From assembly GCA_965644265.1 (NCBI GenBank), contig OZ286463.1, positions 109,740,001-109,804,000 on the forward strand: DNA of 64,000 bases, read 5' to 3'. This stretch comes from Glycera tridactyla. Taxonomy: Eukaryota. Positions 9,337-18,603 of this stretch are shown here, in pieces. The notes beneath the pieces were generated by a model. The model searched no databases. It was given only the letters and a program-made list of their open reading frames with translations, and had not been told where the DNA came from. The position numbers and the translations under genes were made by a program. Within the stretch, counting starts at the first letter, position 1. Every line of letters begins with the position of its first letter.

Positions 9337-10396
9337 GAACTGTAACAAGGAAAGAAAATATGATGATAGACCTCAGTCTAAACTATACTTCTTTGGATAT
9401 CTACAAAATTGTCAACAATTTATCGGCGATGGCATCTCCTATATTCAAAGGAACATTTTCCCACCCATATATACACAGGACATCCCGGGTGGATGGTGCC
9501 AGGCCAGGCAAAGTATAAAAGTCATCTGTCAAGAGAGACAAGCAGAGATACAGCAGCATTTAATTTCTGACTCCATTCCAAAATCATGGCTGAGATGAAT
9601 CTACTGATTTCACCCCACTCACAAACCCTCAACCATACAAGAACTGGACACTGTTCTACCTCTGCACCCACGAGACTCCCTTTTCACCCTGACATGACAG
9701 CTCTACCGCACCCTGAACTGAGAAAGACAATCCATTACGTGTAAAGTATCCACTTTACCATGCTGATAGGGTGATCAGTCCTATCTGAAAACTGGGGCCC
9801 CAGACCTTACACCTTGCAGGGTTTTTTTTAGTTCCTTTTCCCATGTCACTAGGCTGGATGCAGAAGGCCAACTTGCACCTTCCTATTCAGAACCACCAAA
9901 CCCATGTACCAGTTCTACAAGACTTTGACTGAAACTGACTCATATGATAATTGTTTAATTAATTTATTTATTGTCCTTATTATTATTATTATTATTATCA
10001 CTATTATGGCAGGACATCCAGAACATCCCGAATTAGCAACATCAAGCAGCTATGGATACTCTATGCTGGAGTCCAACAAATGTAAACAAGATAAGGAAAC
10101 ATAAAATACAATGTCTAAAATAATTTCCTTTCCTGCTATAGCACCATTGCATGGGGAGCACTTTTGAGAAGTGTGGAGACATGTATTTCGCCTAATAAAA
10201 CGAATATATTTTTTTTTTTCTATATTTCCTTCAACATGACATAATCCTAGGTACAAGGATGGAACTTCAGCCTCAATCTTTTTCTTTTATTCCTATGATC
10301 TGAAATCATTTGTTTCCACTCAATGCCTCATATATTAAGGTCCCATTCATATTGGCATGCAGCCTGAGATCACAAAAATGCTAGTTCCCAAAAGTG

Positions 10397-10456
10397 CCAC
10401 CAGATGGCACCCTCAACCTTCTCTCCCTGGAGCACCCTATTCACACTAGATGGCAG
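10397..10456 (+). promoter_or_regulatory. Two tandem CTCF-like motifs inside the retrotransposon
   Basis: CCACCAGATGGCAC (10397-10410) fully matches CCASYAGRKGGCRS; ACACTAGATGGCAG (10443-10456) has one mismatch. Confidence 0.5.
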
Positions 10457-11431
10457 GGCTGCATAATGGGCAGGGTTACCCAGGGCAACTAAAGAGTGGG
10501 GGACCATGCCACCCTGCAGTGTGATTTTTCACAGTCCCTTTTTCAACATGTTAAAATACACTTTATGGGCATCATTTTCAAGTTTTAATGCCTGCCAAGA
10601 GTTCCAGCAGTGCCCAAGAAGAATCATGTCACTCCAAAGCAAGCAAAATTCACTAGATGCTGGATAATCTGGGTAAGTTCATTCCTCCTTCTCCCTATTT
10701 CAGCACATGCTTCCCCAGCCCAGGGAAAGCACATGGTTCTTCAATCCTGTGGAAGCTGGTATCAGTATTCACAGGAGCTGCTTCATTTGCCTATTGGAAT
10801 AGCATGCCACTAGATTTTACCATTTTATTACAGGGCTGTCTGCAGAATTTACTTTAGCAATACTGGGCAAATGGACAGAAAAACATGACAATAACCTGCC
10901 TATCAAGAAAATCAACCTGCCCATAAAAATTGACCTGCCCATCCAAAAAATCAACCGGCCCATTTATGATCAATTTTCACCTGCCCACCATGAACAGGTG
11001 ACCTGCTCTGGGCAGGTTTACATGTATCTCATCTCACCCTGGGCCATCAAATTGAGCTTTGAAAACAAATGTTTTTTTTTTTTATGTACACATGAGCTCA
11101 ACAATCTAAAAGGTGAATGATTGGCTACCTTCAATATATTCCACAGTGAATCTCTAATCATGGGGGCACTTTTCTTAAATTATCTATCAATTATTACGGG
11201 GTCAATTCACAGAAATATACAAATAAAAGGAACTCTAATGACAGGAGGGCCATCCTCCTTCCTTATTCATTAATGTGGTCTTTCCACAGCTGGAGTTGGT
11301 GTACAACTCCATTTCTTTTCAGTATGCTGGAAATAGGCCTGTCACCCTTGAATGTTTTTTTTAGCTAACTGAACATGACAAGAACTGCTGCTCATCTCAG
11401 TCAACCTCTCTCTTCAACTGCATGACTGTAT

Positions 11432-14400
11432 CTATGCCTGTTCCCCGCACTGAACAGGTCGAAACCAGGTTGGCCGGTTACGCCCATGGTACGCCTTCAA
11501 GCGATCAACATGATAAACACGAGGCTGAGCGCATCGACCTGCCTGGACCCTGTATGTGACTGCATCCAAACACTCAATCACAACCTGTGGCCCCTTCCAA
11601 GGAGAAGTCAACTTGGAACAAACTCCAACTTTTCTTGTTGGGCGTAGAACCCACACAGCATCTCCAACCTGGAAAGTGCGCATTCGAGCATTGAGATCGT
11701 AATAGCGACGTTGATACACAGCACTTTGCTTCAACTGCCCCCTGGCTTCATCATGTACATTCCTCAACTTTTCCTGCAACTTTGCAAGATAATCATCACT
11801 TGTCACAGCTTCATCCTCCTCATCAGGCTGAGCAATTACAGCCTCCAGTGGCATTGTAATCTGGCGCCCATACATCATTTCATTAGGAGTTTTCCCAGTA
11901 GATGACTGAACTGAAGCGCGATATGCCATGAGCACCAGAGGCAGGTACTCATCCCAGGTATCTTGATGTTTCTCAGCATACATAGTGAGCATTGCGCCAA
12001 GAGTGCGGTTGAATCTCTCAATATTCCCATTCGACTGGGGCCTTGCAACAGAAGTCTTCGTCTTGTCAATATGGAGGTACTTGCAGACTTCCTTGAATAA
12101 GGCAGAGTCGAAGTTGGTACCACGATCACTATGAAGTTGTCGAGGTGCCCCATGCCGAGCAACAAATTCTTCCACAAAGACTCTGGCCACAGTGGCAGCT
12201 TCCTGATTTGGAAGTGCGTAGGCCTCAGTGTACTTGGTGAACTGGTCCCCTACCACCAACACAAAGCGATTCTGGCGCTTAGTGACTGGAAGAGGACCCA
12301 TGATGTCAAGGGCCACACGCTCCATTGGACTACCCACCAGGTATTGCTGGAGAGGTGCTTTGGTTTTAGACAGTGGTGGCTTCCTGGCAACACATCTGTC
12401 ACATGTACGGCAATAGTTGCTCACAGTCTTGCTCATTCCTGGCCAGTAGAAGTGCATCTTCACTCTCTCCAGGGTTTTCTCGCCTCCCAGATGACCACCA
12501 CTTGGAATATCATGATAGAATTTGAGCAAACTCTCCTGGCGGGACACCGGAACAATAAGTTGAAAAGTACCCTCGCCACCGCAGTCATCAACCCACCGGC
12601 GATAGAGCATGCCGTCACAGACTTGCAAACGATCCCAGTGACGCCATAATGTCTTGAATGCACTTGAACTTGCAGAGATCTCTGACCATCCAGGTTGTGG
12701 CTTCCCTTCCTCCAGAGCAGACATGATTGGACCGATATTACTGTCAGCTAACTGGTCGAGTCGTATGTCCGCAGGTTCCCATCCCTCGAGCCATGCTTGG
12801 TTATGTTTTAGGCTACTCCGAGATGACACTTGCCCGCGTGTGATTGCACGAACTGACACATGACGCCGCTCACATTGGTTTCTCTGCACCTTGAGTAGGA
12901 CTCTCACTGCTCTCACTGCAGCCTGGGCCTTGGCTTCACTCTCAAGATGTTCCGTGTCACTGTTGGTGTGTGCCGTCGCTGGCACCTCGATCCCCAGGAC
13001 TGCATTCTCATCACAATTATCTGCTTCCTCAGGCAAACCCAACCGTGCACCCTCTGCGTCAGGTACAAGTGACATTGCTCCGGGAATGTTTGCAGTTTGT
13101 TGTGAACTGCTGGAATCTGCCTCCATCACTGGAGCACCTTCCATTGCAGACACATTCAACTCATTTTGTCTCTCACATGATCTGCACGGGCACCGGGACA
13201 ATGCATCCGCATTGCGGTGCTTGGTACCTGCCCGGTGGACAACTGTAAGGTCGTAAGTAGCCAACTCCTCCAGCCATCTTGCTGTCTGGCCCGTTGGACA
13301 CTTGAGATTTCTCATCCAGCTTACTGCTGCATTATCCGTCCTGAGCAAGACTGGTTGGCCATACAGGTATGGTCTGAACTTTCTCAGTGCACATACCACA
13401 GCCAATAACTCTTTCCGGGTCACACAGTAATTCTGCTCCTCCCTTGTCATGGCCTTACTGTGATAGGCTATCACTCGCTCCCTCTCTTCCTGGACTTGAG
13501 ACAACACCGCTCCTATGGCTTTGTCACTTGCATCTGTGTCGAGAATGTATTCCTTGCCAGGAATAGGGTAAGCCACAATAGGTGCAGTAATCAGCTTCTC
13601 GCGGAGAGTAACAAAAGCCTCCTGACACTCTTCTGTCCATTCAAATGGCCGATTCTTCTCTGTAGCTTTATGTAGAGGTCTTGCCACATGCGCAAAATCA
13701 GCGACCAGACGGCGATAATACCCACAAAGACCTACAAATGCGCGTATTTCACGGGTACTGGTGGGCACAGGCCAGTTTTTCACTGCCTCAATCTTTGATG
13801 GATCTGTCCGAATCCCATCTGGAGTCACGATATGACCGAGGAAAAGGACCTGTTGCTTGAAGAAATGACATTTTGATGGTTTGAGTTTCAGACCAGCTCC
13901 TGCCAGTCGCTGGAATACTCTCTCAAGTCTCTGCAGACATTCTGAGATAGTACTGCCATAGGAAATTATATCATCAACAAAAAGCAAGCACTCTTCAAAT
14001 TGGAGGCCACGCAGCACATTTTCCATCAAGCGTTCAAATGTCGCAGGGCTATTCGTCAAACCAAATGGCATGGTTTTAAAGTGATAAAGCCCGAAGCTTG
14101 AAGCGAATGCAGTCTTTTCTTTGTCCTCTTCAGCAACTGGAATTTGCCAGAACCCAGACTGGACATCCATACTTGAGTAGAACTTCGCCCCCTGCAAGGC
14201 GTCCAGACAGTCGTCAATACGAGGGAGAGGGTAGGCGTCTTTTTGCGTGACATCGTTCAAGGCCCGAAAGTCGATGCAAAATCTCGTAGCACCACATTTC
14301 TTCTTCACAAGCACGACAGGACTCGCCCACGGACTAGTGGAGGGCTCAATAATCCCATACTTCAACATCTTGTCAATTTCATCTCGCTCGATTTCACGCT

Positions 14401-15529
14401 TTCCGATTGGTTGTCGGCGAGGTCTTTGCTTGTTTGGAGCTGCATTGCCAGTATTGATCCTGTGCTTGACAAGATGTGTGCACCCTAAATCACCAGGCCC
14501 TTTTGAGAAAACATGCTGATAATCATTGAGCAAAATAATGAAGGCCCCTTTTTCACTATCATTGAGGAGCTCAGCACTTGTCAAGAACAGTTCTTTCAGA
14601 TGGTCAGGTACTTGTTCAATGAGAGGCTTTCCTTCCACCACCTTCATAGCTGCAACTCTCCTGACAGGAGGGGAGTCTGTCTCATAGTATGATTCACAGG
14701 TACCAATTGTGGTGCCCGCACGCAGCTTCATAGGCTTCTCATAGGGGTTTATCAGCAATACACTTGAATCCGCCTCCTGTGGGGCTACTATGCCTGGTAT
14801 AAGTATCACATTGTGGTAGCTCAGCAAATTCACATCAGGCTCCACCAGCCCATTTTCAGCCAACCTTGTCGCTCGAGGGATAGTGACCTTGACCTTGACA
14901 CCACTTTCAGGTGGCAAGGTGACTTGATCTCTGACCCTCACCTGACACACCACAGCACTCTTACTCCCCAGCCAGCAGGGGATATCTTGATATTTGGTGG
15001 TCAGGATGGCTCTTCTGTAGTCCAGCTTATATACATGCTGTGTGATGAAATCATTTCCCAGGATAGCATCTTGCACAATATTGGCCACAATGACAGGATA
15101 TCTGTATGTTACATCCCCCAGTCGGATTAATATTGTCATCTCTCCATGAGTGGTTAGCCTGGTCCCATCAGCTGTCTGTAGTCCAAATCTAGGCTCATTC
15201 AATTTCAAGTTTGGGTTTTTCCTCATCATACCCTCAAATGTTGTCTCAGATACGAGTGTTACAGTTGAGCCAGTATCAAGCAGAAAATCCACAGGGAGGC
15301 CCTGAACATGGCCAGTCACAAAGAAGCCATTGTCATATACTGGACCATCGGCAACCTGCCCGATTCTTTTGTTTTCACAGCACTGATTTCCATCACTCCC
15401 ATGTGTTTCACTCTCTTTGATTTTTAACGTGGGCGGTTCCTGAGGGAGGTCCCTTCGATCAGGCCCTTTTTCACACCCCTGGGCTGGGCCTACTGAACCA
15501 GAGGACGCTCGTTTCCCTGTTGAGAATTC
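11432..15529 (-). CDS. pol: Pol polyprotein (protease, reverse transcriptase, RNase H, integrase), in the -1 frame relative to gag
   Basis: The frame is open from 15529 (70 codons upstream of the track's start) and overlaps the gag end. Motifs: LLDTGS (PR); YPLPRIDD, FGLTNSPATF, LFVDD (RT); DTDAS (RH); HX6H...CX2C, ALDIMGP/HSDRG/NIERFN DDE and SPWKGP (IN). No internal stops. Confidence 0.97.
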   Translation of the reverse strand, partial: EFSTGKRASSGSVGPAQGCEKGPDRRDLPQEPPTLKIKESETHGSDGNQCCENKRIGQVADGPVYDNGFFVTGHVQGLPVDFLLDTGSTVTLVSETTFEGMMRKNPNLKLNEPRFGLQTADGTRLTTHGEMTILIRLGDVTYRYPVIVANIVQDAILGNDFITQHVYKLDYRRAILTTKYQDIPCWLGSKSAVVCQVRVRDQVTLPPESGVKVKVTIPRATRLAENGLVEPDVNLLSYHNVILIPGIVAPQEADSSVLLINPYEKPMKLRAGTTIGTCESYYETDSPPVRRVAAMKVVEGKPLIEQVPDHLKELFLTSAELLNDSEKGAFIILLNDYQHVFSKGPGDLGCTHLVKHRINTGNAAPNKQRPRRQPIGKREIERDEIDKMLKYGIIEPSTSPWASPVVLVKKKCGATRFCIDFRALNDVTQKDAYPLPRIDDCLDALQGAKFYSSMDVQSGFWQIPVAEEDKEKTAFASSFGLYHFKTMPFGLTNSPATFERLMENVLRGLQFEECLLFVDDIISYGSTISECLQRLERVFQRLAGAGLKLKPSKCHFFKQQVLFLGHIVTPDGIRTDPSKIEAVKNWPVPTSTREIRAFVGLCGYYRRLVADFAHVARPLHKATEKNRPFEWTEECQEAFVTLREKLITAPIVAYPIPGKEYILDTDASDKAIGAVLSQVQEERERVIAYHSKAMTREEQNYCVTRKELLAVVCALRKFRPYLYGQPVLLRTDNAAVSWMRNLKCPTGQTARWLEELATYDLTVVHRAGTKHRNADALSRCPCRSCERQNELNVSAMEGAPVMEADSSSSQQTANIPGAMSLVPDAEGARLGLPEEADNCDENAVLGIEVPATAHTNSDTEHLESEAKAQAAVRAVRVLLKVQRNQCERRHVSVRAITRGQVSSRSSLKHNQAWLEGWEPADIRLDQLADSNIGPIMSALEEGKPQPGWSEISASSSAFKTLWRHWDRLQVCDGMLYRRWVDDCGGEGTFQLIVPVSRQESLLKFYHDIPSGGHLGGEKTLERVKMHFYWPGMSKTVSNYCRTCDRCVARKPPLSKTKAPLQQYLVGSPMERVALDIMGPLPVTKRQNRFVLVVGDQFTKYTEAYALPNQEAATVARVFVEEFVARHGAPRQLHSDRGTNFDSALFKEVCKYLHIDKTKTSVARPQSNGNIERFNRTLGAMLTMYAEKHQDTWDEYLPLVLMAYRASVQSSTGKTPNEMMYGRQITMPLEAVIAQPDEEDEAVTSDDYLAKLQEKLRNVHDEARGQLKQSAVYQRRYYDLNARMRTFQVGDAVWVLRPTRKVGVCSKLTSPWKGPQVVIECLDAVTYRVQAGRCAQPRVYHVDRLKAYHGRNRPTWFRPVQCGEQA
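15461..15517 (-). other. -1 programmed ribosomal frameshift signal (slippery heptamer plus H-type pseudoknot)
   Basis: G_GGA_AAC in the gag frame (15517-15511), a 6-nt spacer, stem 1 CCUCUGG/CCAGGGG and stem 2 AGGCCC/GGGCCU; pol is in the -1 frame. Confidence 0.85.
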
Positions 15530-16575
15530 TCAACATTAGCTCTGCAGTACTTCTTGATGTGACCATTGCCTCCACAGCCATAGCAGAGTGGACCCTGTGG
15601 ACAGCTATACTTCTGGTGATCATCACCACCACACCTCCAGCAGGTGACCTCATTTCCTTTAGGACCATAGAATTTCCTGTCAGAATTACCAGGAGCCTTC
15701 TGTGTGGAGACAGCTTTCTCCAAGTTTTCCAGTTTTTTCAGGATCTCACCTTGTGTTGTGGATTCAGTTGATTGATTAACAGCCCGAACTGGCCGCTTTT
15801 TGTCCCCACACAGTGCCTCATACTGTTCCACAATCGCCACCGCTTCATAAAGAGTTTCACATTTACTCTTGATGCATTCATATTTCAGCTCAAATGGTAT
15901 GGTCTTGTAGAACTGCTTCAGTGCAAGAACCTCCTGGGCACGAGAGCTCAAATCGTTGTAAGCACGAATAGCCATCCTGTGTAGATCATCTGCCAGGGCG
16001 GAAACAGTCTCGCCAGACTGGCGACGCCTGCCTTCCAGCTGTGCAGCCCAGACTTCACGCTGTCGCATGGTTCCAAAACGCCGGGTAAGGGCAGCCACCA
16101 GGTGTTGGTAGCTTCTTTTCTCATTTGGAGCCAAACTCATGTAGTAGATTCTCGCTCGGCCTTTCAAGCTGGCTGAGAGAACAAGCTTCTTCATGCGTGG
16201 ATCCCATTCACTCAACTCTGCACAATCTTCGAAGTGTGACAGGTAGGATTCCCAGTCCTGTTCTCCATTATAACTTTCAGGCTTCATTGATACGCGCTTA
16301 CAGGGAGGGCGCCTCCTCCTAGCAGGAGGAGTTCTCCCAGCATGGATTGTATTTGCAGGAGCCTCGTCTTCATCATCACCCTCCTCTTCGCCATCGTCAT
16401 CATTCTCTGACTCTGACTCAGGAGGGATCTCATCATCTATCAAGTCTACAGCGCCCAACGGAGCATTGAAACCATCCCCAGAGCTGGGGTCACGGGTCTC
16501 TAGCTCATCATTTCCTTTCCCAGGGACACCCATCAGGGACTTTCTGAATGTAACATCAGGATCATATTCCGCCAT
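15490..16575 (-). CDS. gag: Gag (361 aa from MAEYDP): acidic/basic N-terminus, retrotransposon capsid-like core, two CCHC zinc knuckles
   Basis: Open ORF; KPESYNGEQDWESYLSHFE...LKGRARIYY capsid-like region; CWRCGGDDHQKYSC and CYGCGGNGHIKKYC (CX2CX4HX4C twice). First ATG at 16575; the track's TTG start at 16638 is upstream. Confidence 0.95.
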   Translation of the reverse strand: MAEYDPDVTFRKSLMGVPGKGNDELETRDPSSGDGFNAPLGAVDLIDDEIPPESESENDDDGEEEGDDEDEAPANTIHAGRTPPARRRRPPCKRVSMKPESYNGEQDWESYLSHFEDCAELSEWDPRMKKLVLSASLKGRARIYYMSLAPNEKRSYQHLVAALTRRFGTMRQREVWAAQLEGRRRQSGETVSALADDLHRMAIRAYNDLSSRAQEVLALKQFYKTIPFELKYECIKSKCETLYEAVAIVEQYEALCGDKKRPVRAVNQSTESTTQGEILKKLENLEKAVSTQKAPGNSDRKFYGPKGNEVTCWRCGGDDHQKYSCPQGPLCYGCGGNGHIKKYCRANVENSQQGNERPLVQ

Positions 16576-16786
16576 CTTTATTTGTACTGCCAACGACTGG
16601 AATAACCTAAACTGACTGATGCTGAATGTAAACCCCAAGTGCTGGATAAGTGATGCAAGAAGAGAGAAAGAAAGTAAGAAAAGAAAAATTAAATTTGAAT
16701 CGCAATCACAGGAAATTATTGGCCAAAGTTCAAAATATCTTCTGAGATAAGGTTCGTATCATGGGATACCAAATTTAATTTTTAGT

Positions 16787-16804
16787 ATCCCACCGCTGCC
16801 ACCA
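16787..16804 (-). other. Primer-binding site complementary to the 3' end of tRNA-Leu
   Basis: Minus strand TGGTGGCAGCGGTGGGAT lies 1 nt after the 5' LTR. It is the complement of ATCCCACCGCTGCCA+CCA, the 3' end of metazoan tRNA-Leu (AAG/TAG type) as I recall it. Confidence 0.9.
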
Positions 16805-16805
16805 T

Positions 16806-18599
16806 TGTAACATTGCCGAGTAGGGTAGCGTTCACCATCAACATTTCACCATGGGTTAGTAAACAGGTAGGCAGTAAATGAAAACATTCACGTCAACTTG
16901 ATTTAAATAGAAAATAACAAATATTTATTCAACCTTAGACAGGAGAATTTATACGCAGTGTGACATGTAAAATGATGATTCAATTCAATTCAATAATTGT
17001 ACAAGTATCATAGAAGGAGATTTTGCACCCCAGCTGATGACAATCTGGAATGATTCAGTAGATCTTGTCAATAACAACCACCTCTACAGGTAGACCATCA
17101 CATAACACGGGCACTCAATAAATAAAATCAGGGTTAGAAATCCATTGCAGGACCAATCACTTGCATGCCCTACCAATCAAGGACCAAAGGAGAATCTACC
17201 GGAGCAGGTAAAATTTGGGGTAATTCCATGCAGGAATTTCCTTGAATGCCAATCTGGCCTCAATGACAAGGGGCTATTTCATATTTCTTGGCCTAAAATT
17301 TCCAATCAGATGCCAAATTTCCAAATGACTTTTCAGCATGAACTACAACCTTGCAGGTACATGATTACCAAACAGGAACCCTCACCTTAGGCTATAACCA
17401 GCCAAGTGGTTTAGATTCTGGACAGCTATAAGGACACCAAGGACAGGACCATTCACTTTGGCAGCTAGAACCAGAATGAGGACTGCTGTCACTGGCCCAT
17501 ATTTATAGACTTGGCAATTCTGGCAGCCACGCCCCCAAACCGGTGCCTAAGCCAATCAACGCCATGGAAACTGGGTCAACATGGATGCCGCCAATTTTAA
17601 TTCTGACAGCTACAAGTTGAATTTCCATCAATCTTCATCGTTTTTGACCTCAAAACTATGATTTATATAGCAAACTAGCCAGAAAATGCATTATTCTCAA
17701 CATTTGGAGAAAGAAATGGCCACAACAGTTGATAAAATGAGCGAAATAGGCGCCAAAGTGCAGGGGCAGAATTACATCTTGTCAGAATTGAAGTGGCAGA
17801 AATACCTAGCAGACAGCATGGCTTTCAATGTAAGTTTTACTCAATTTTACACCTTATTCATGCTAAACTCTGGGTGGGGTTTGGAGAAATACTAAAAAGC
17901 TATCTATTTTGAAGTATAAAAACTGGTTTTGGAATTTATTTTGACGAATCTGTCACTTGAATCAGTGCCAAGATCAGCGATCGTGTCAGACTGGTTGTCA
18001 GCGTATCAGAACTGTCAGAATTCGAGCACAGGCACCAAATCACCCTGAAAACTGCTCAATTAACCCAAAATAAGCCCAAAACTCACATATTTCTGCACAT
18101 TTCCTGATAAATAATTGATTTAGAGGTCCAAAACAAACAGGAAGTAGATTATTGGTTTGTTTACAATGATGCCTCCCGATCTTTGACAGGTAAAAACGAT
18201 CTTTTCTAGGGCTAGAAAATGGGGTCTGACAGCCACAAATGTGCTTATTTCCACTCCAAACTGTGTGTTATTGATGATTCTCAGGCCCAACTACCCTATG
18301 AAGATGTGAATTGCTCATTTGACAGCAGAATGCCCCTAAAAACAATCTATATCACTTGACATGTTTGCATACAGGGTGCTGTCAGATGAACAGTGAGCTA
18401 GTCAAAAGACACTCAGTGGAAAACTAGGCCTGTCAGCCACAAACAGAGATCACCAGCAGCATATTGGCATTTTCATATAATGTGCTGTCAGAAAAGTGAA
18501 AACTAGTCACAAGACACTCAGCAGAAAACTAGGCCTGTCAGCACAAGCAGAGATCTCCAGCAGCATCATGCCAACAAAACAGCATGCTGGTTTGTTACA
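16806..18599 (-). repeat. 5' LTR (1794 bp)
   Basis: Direct repeat of 3383-5176 at a constant offset of 13423; the ORF track gives identical peptides at 3722/17145 and 4263/17686; TG...CA ends; the PBS follows on the minus strand. Confidence 0.98.
17446..17556 (-). promoter_or_regulatory. LTR core promoter: CCAAT, GC/KLF box, TATA, Inr, DPE
   Basis: CCAAT at 17552-17556; GGGGGCGTGGC at 17536-17526; TATAAATA at 17507-17500; Inr TCATTC with +1 at 17477 (30 nt from the TATA); GGTCC at +28 to +32 fits the DPE consensus RGWYV. Confidence 0.7.
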
Positions 18600-18603
18600 A
18601 AAT

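Larger units (their letters stand above)
3383..18599 (-). mobile_element. Full-length Ty3/gypsy (Metaviridae-type) LTR retrotransposon, 15,217 bp, with two accessory zinc-finger ORFs
   Basis: Two 1794-bp direct repeats with TGTAACA...TGTTACA ends; 4-bp TSD AAAT at 3379-3382 and 18600-18603; PBS and PPT abut the LTRs; gag plus pol in PR-RT-RH-IN order, which is the gypsy order. Confidence 0.98.

Noticed and set aside
7617-9598. Overlapping ORFs (plus strand 7617, 7848, 7867, 8213, 8364, 8624, 9122; minus strand 7986, 8541)
   Set aside because: Shadow frames of the GC-rich ORF3/ORF4 with no recognisable motifs.
9623-9717. Minus-strand 95-nt segment bounded by AG/GTGAGT upstream of ORF3
   Set aside because: Stops in all three frames; at most a non-coding leader exon, untestable without RNA data.
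11711-16322. Many 60-170 aa ORFs overlapping gag/pol
   Set aside because: Antisense or alternative-frame shadows of long coding sequence.
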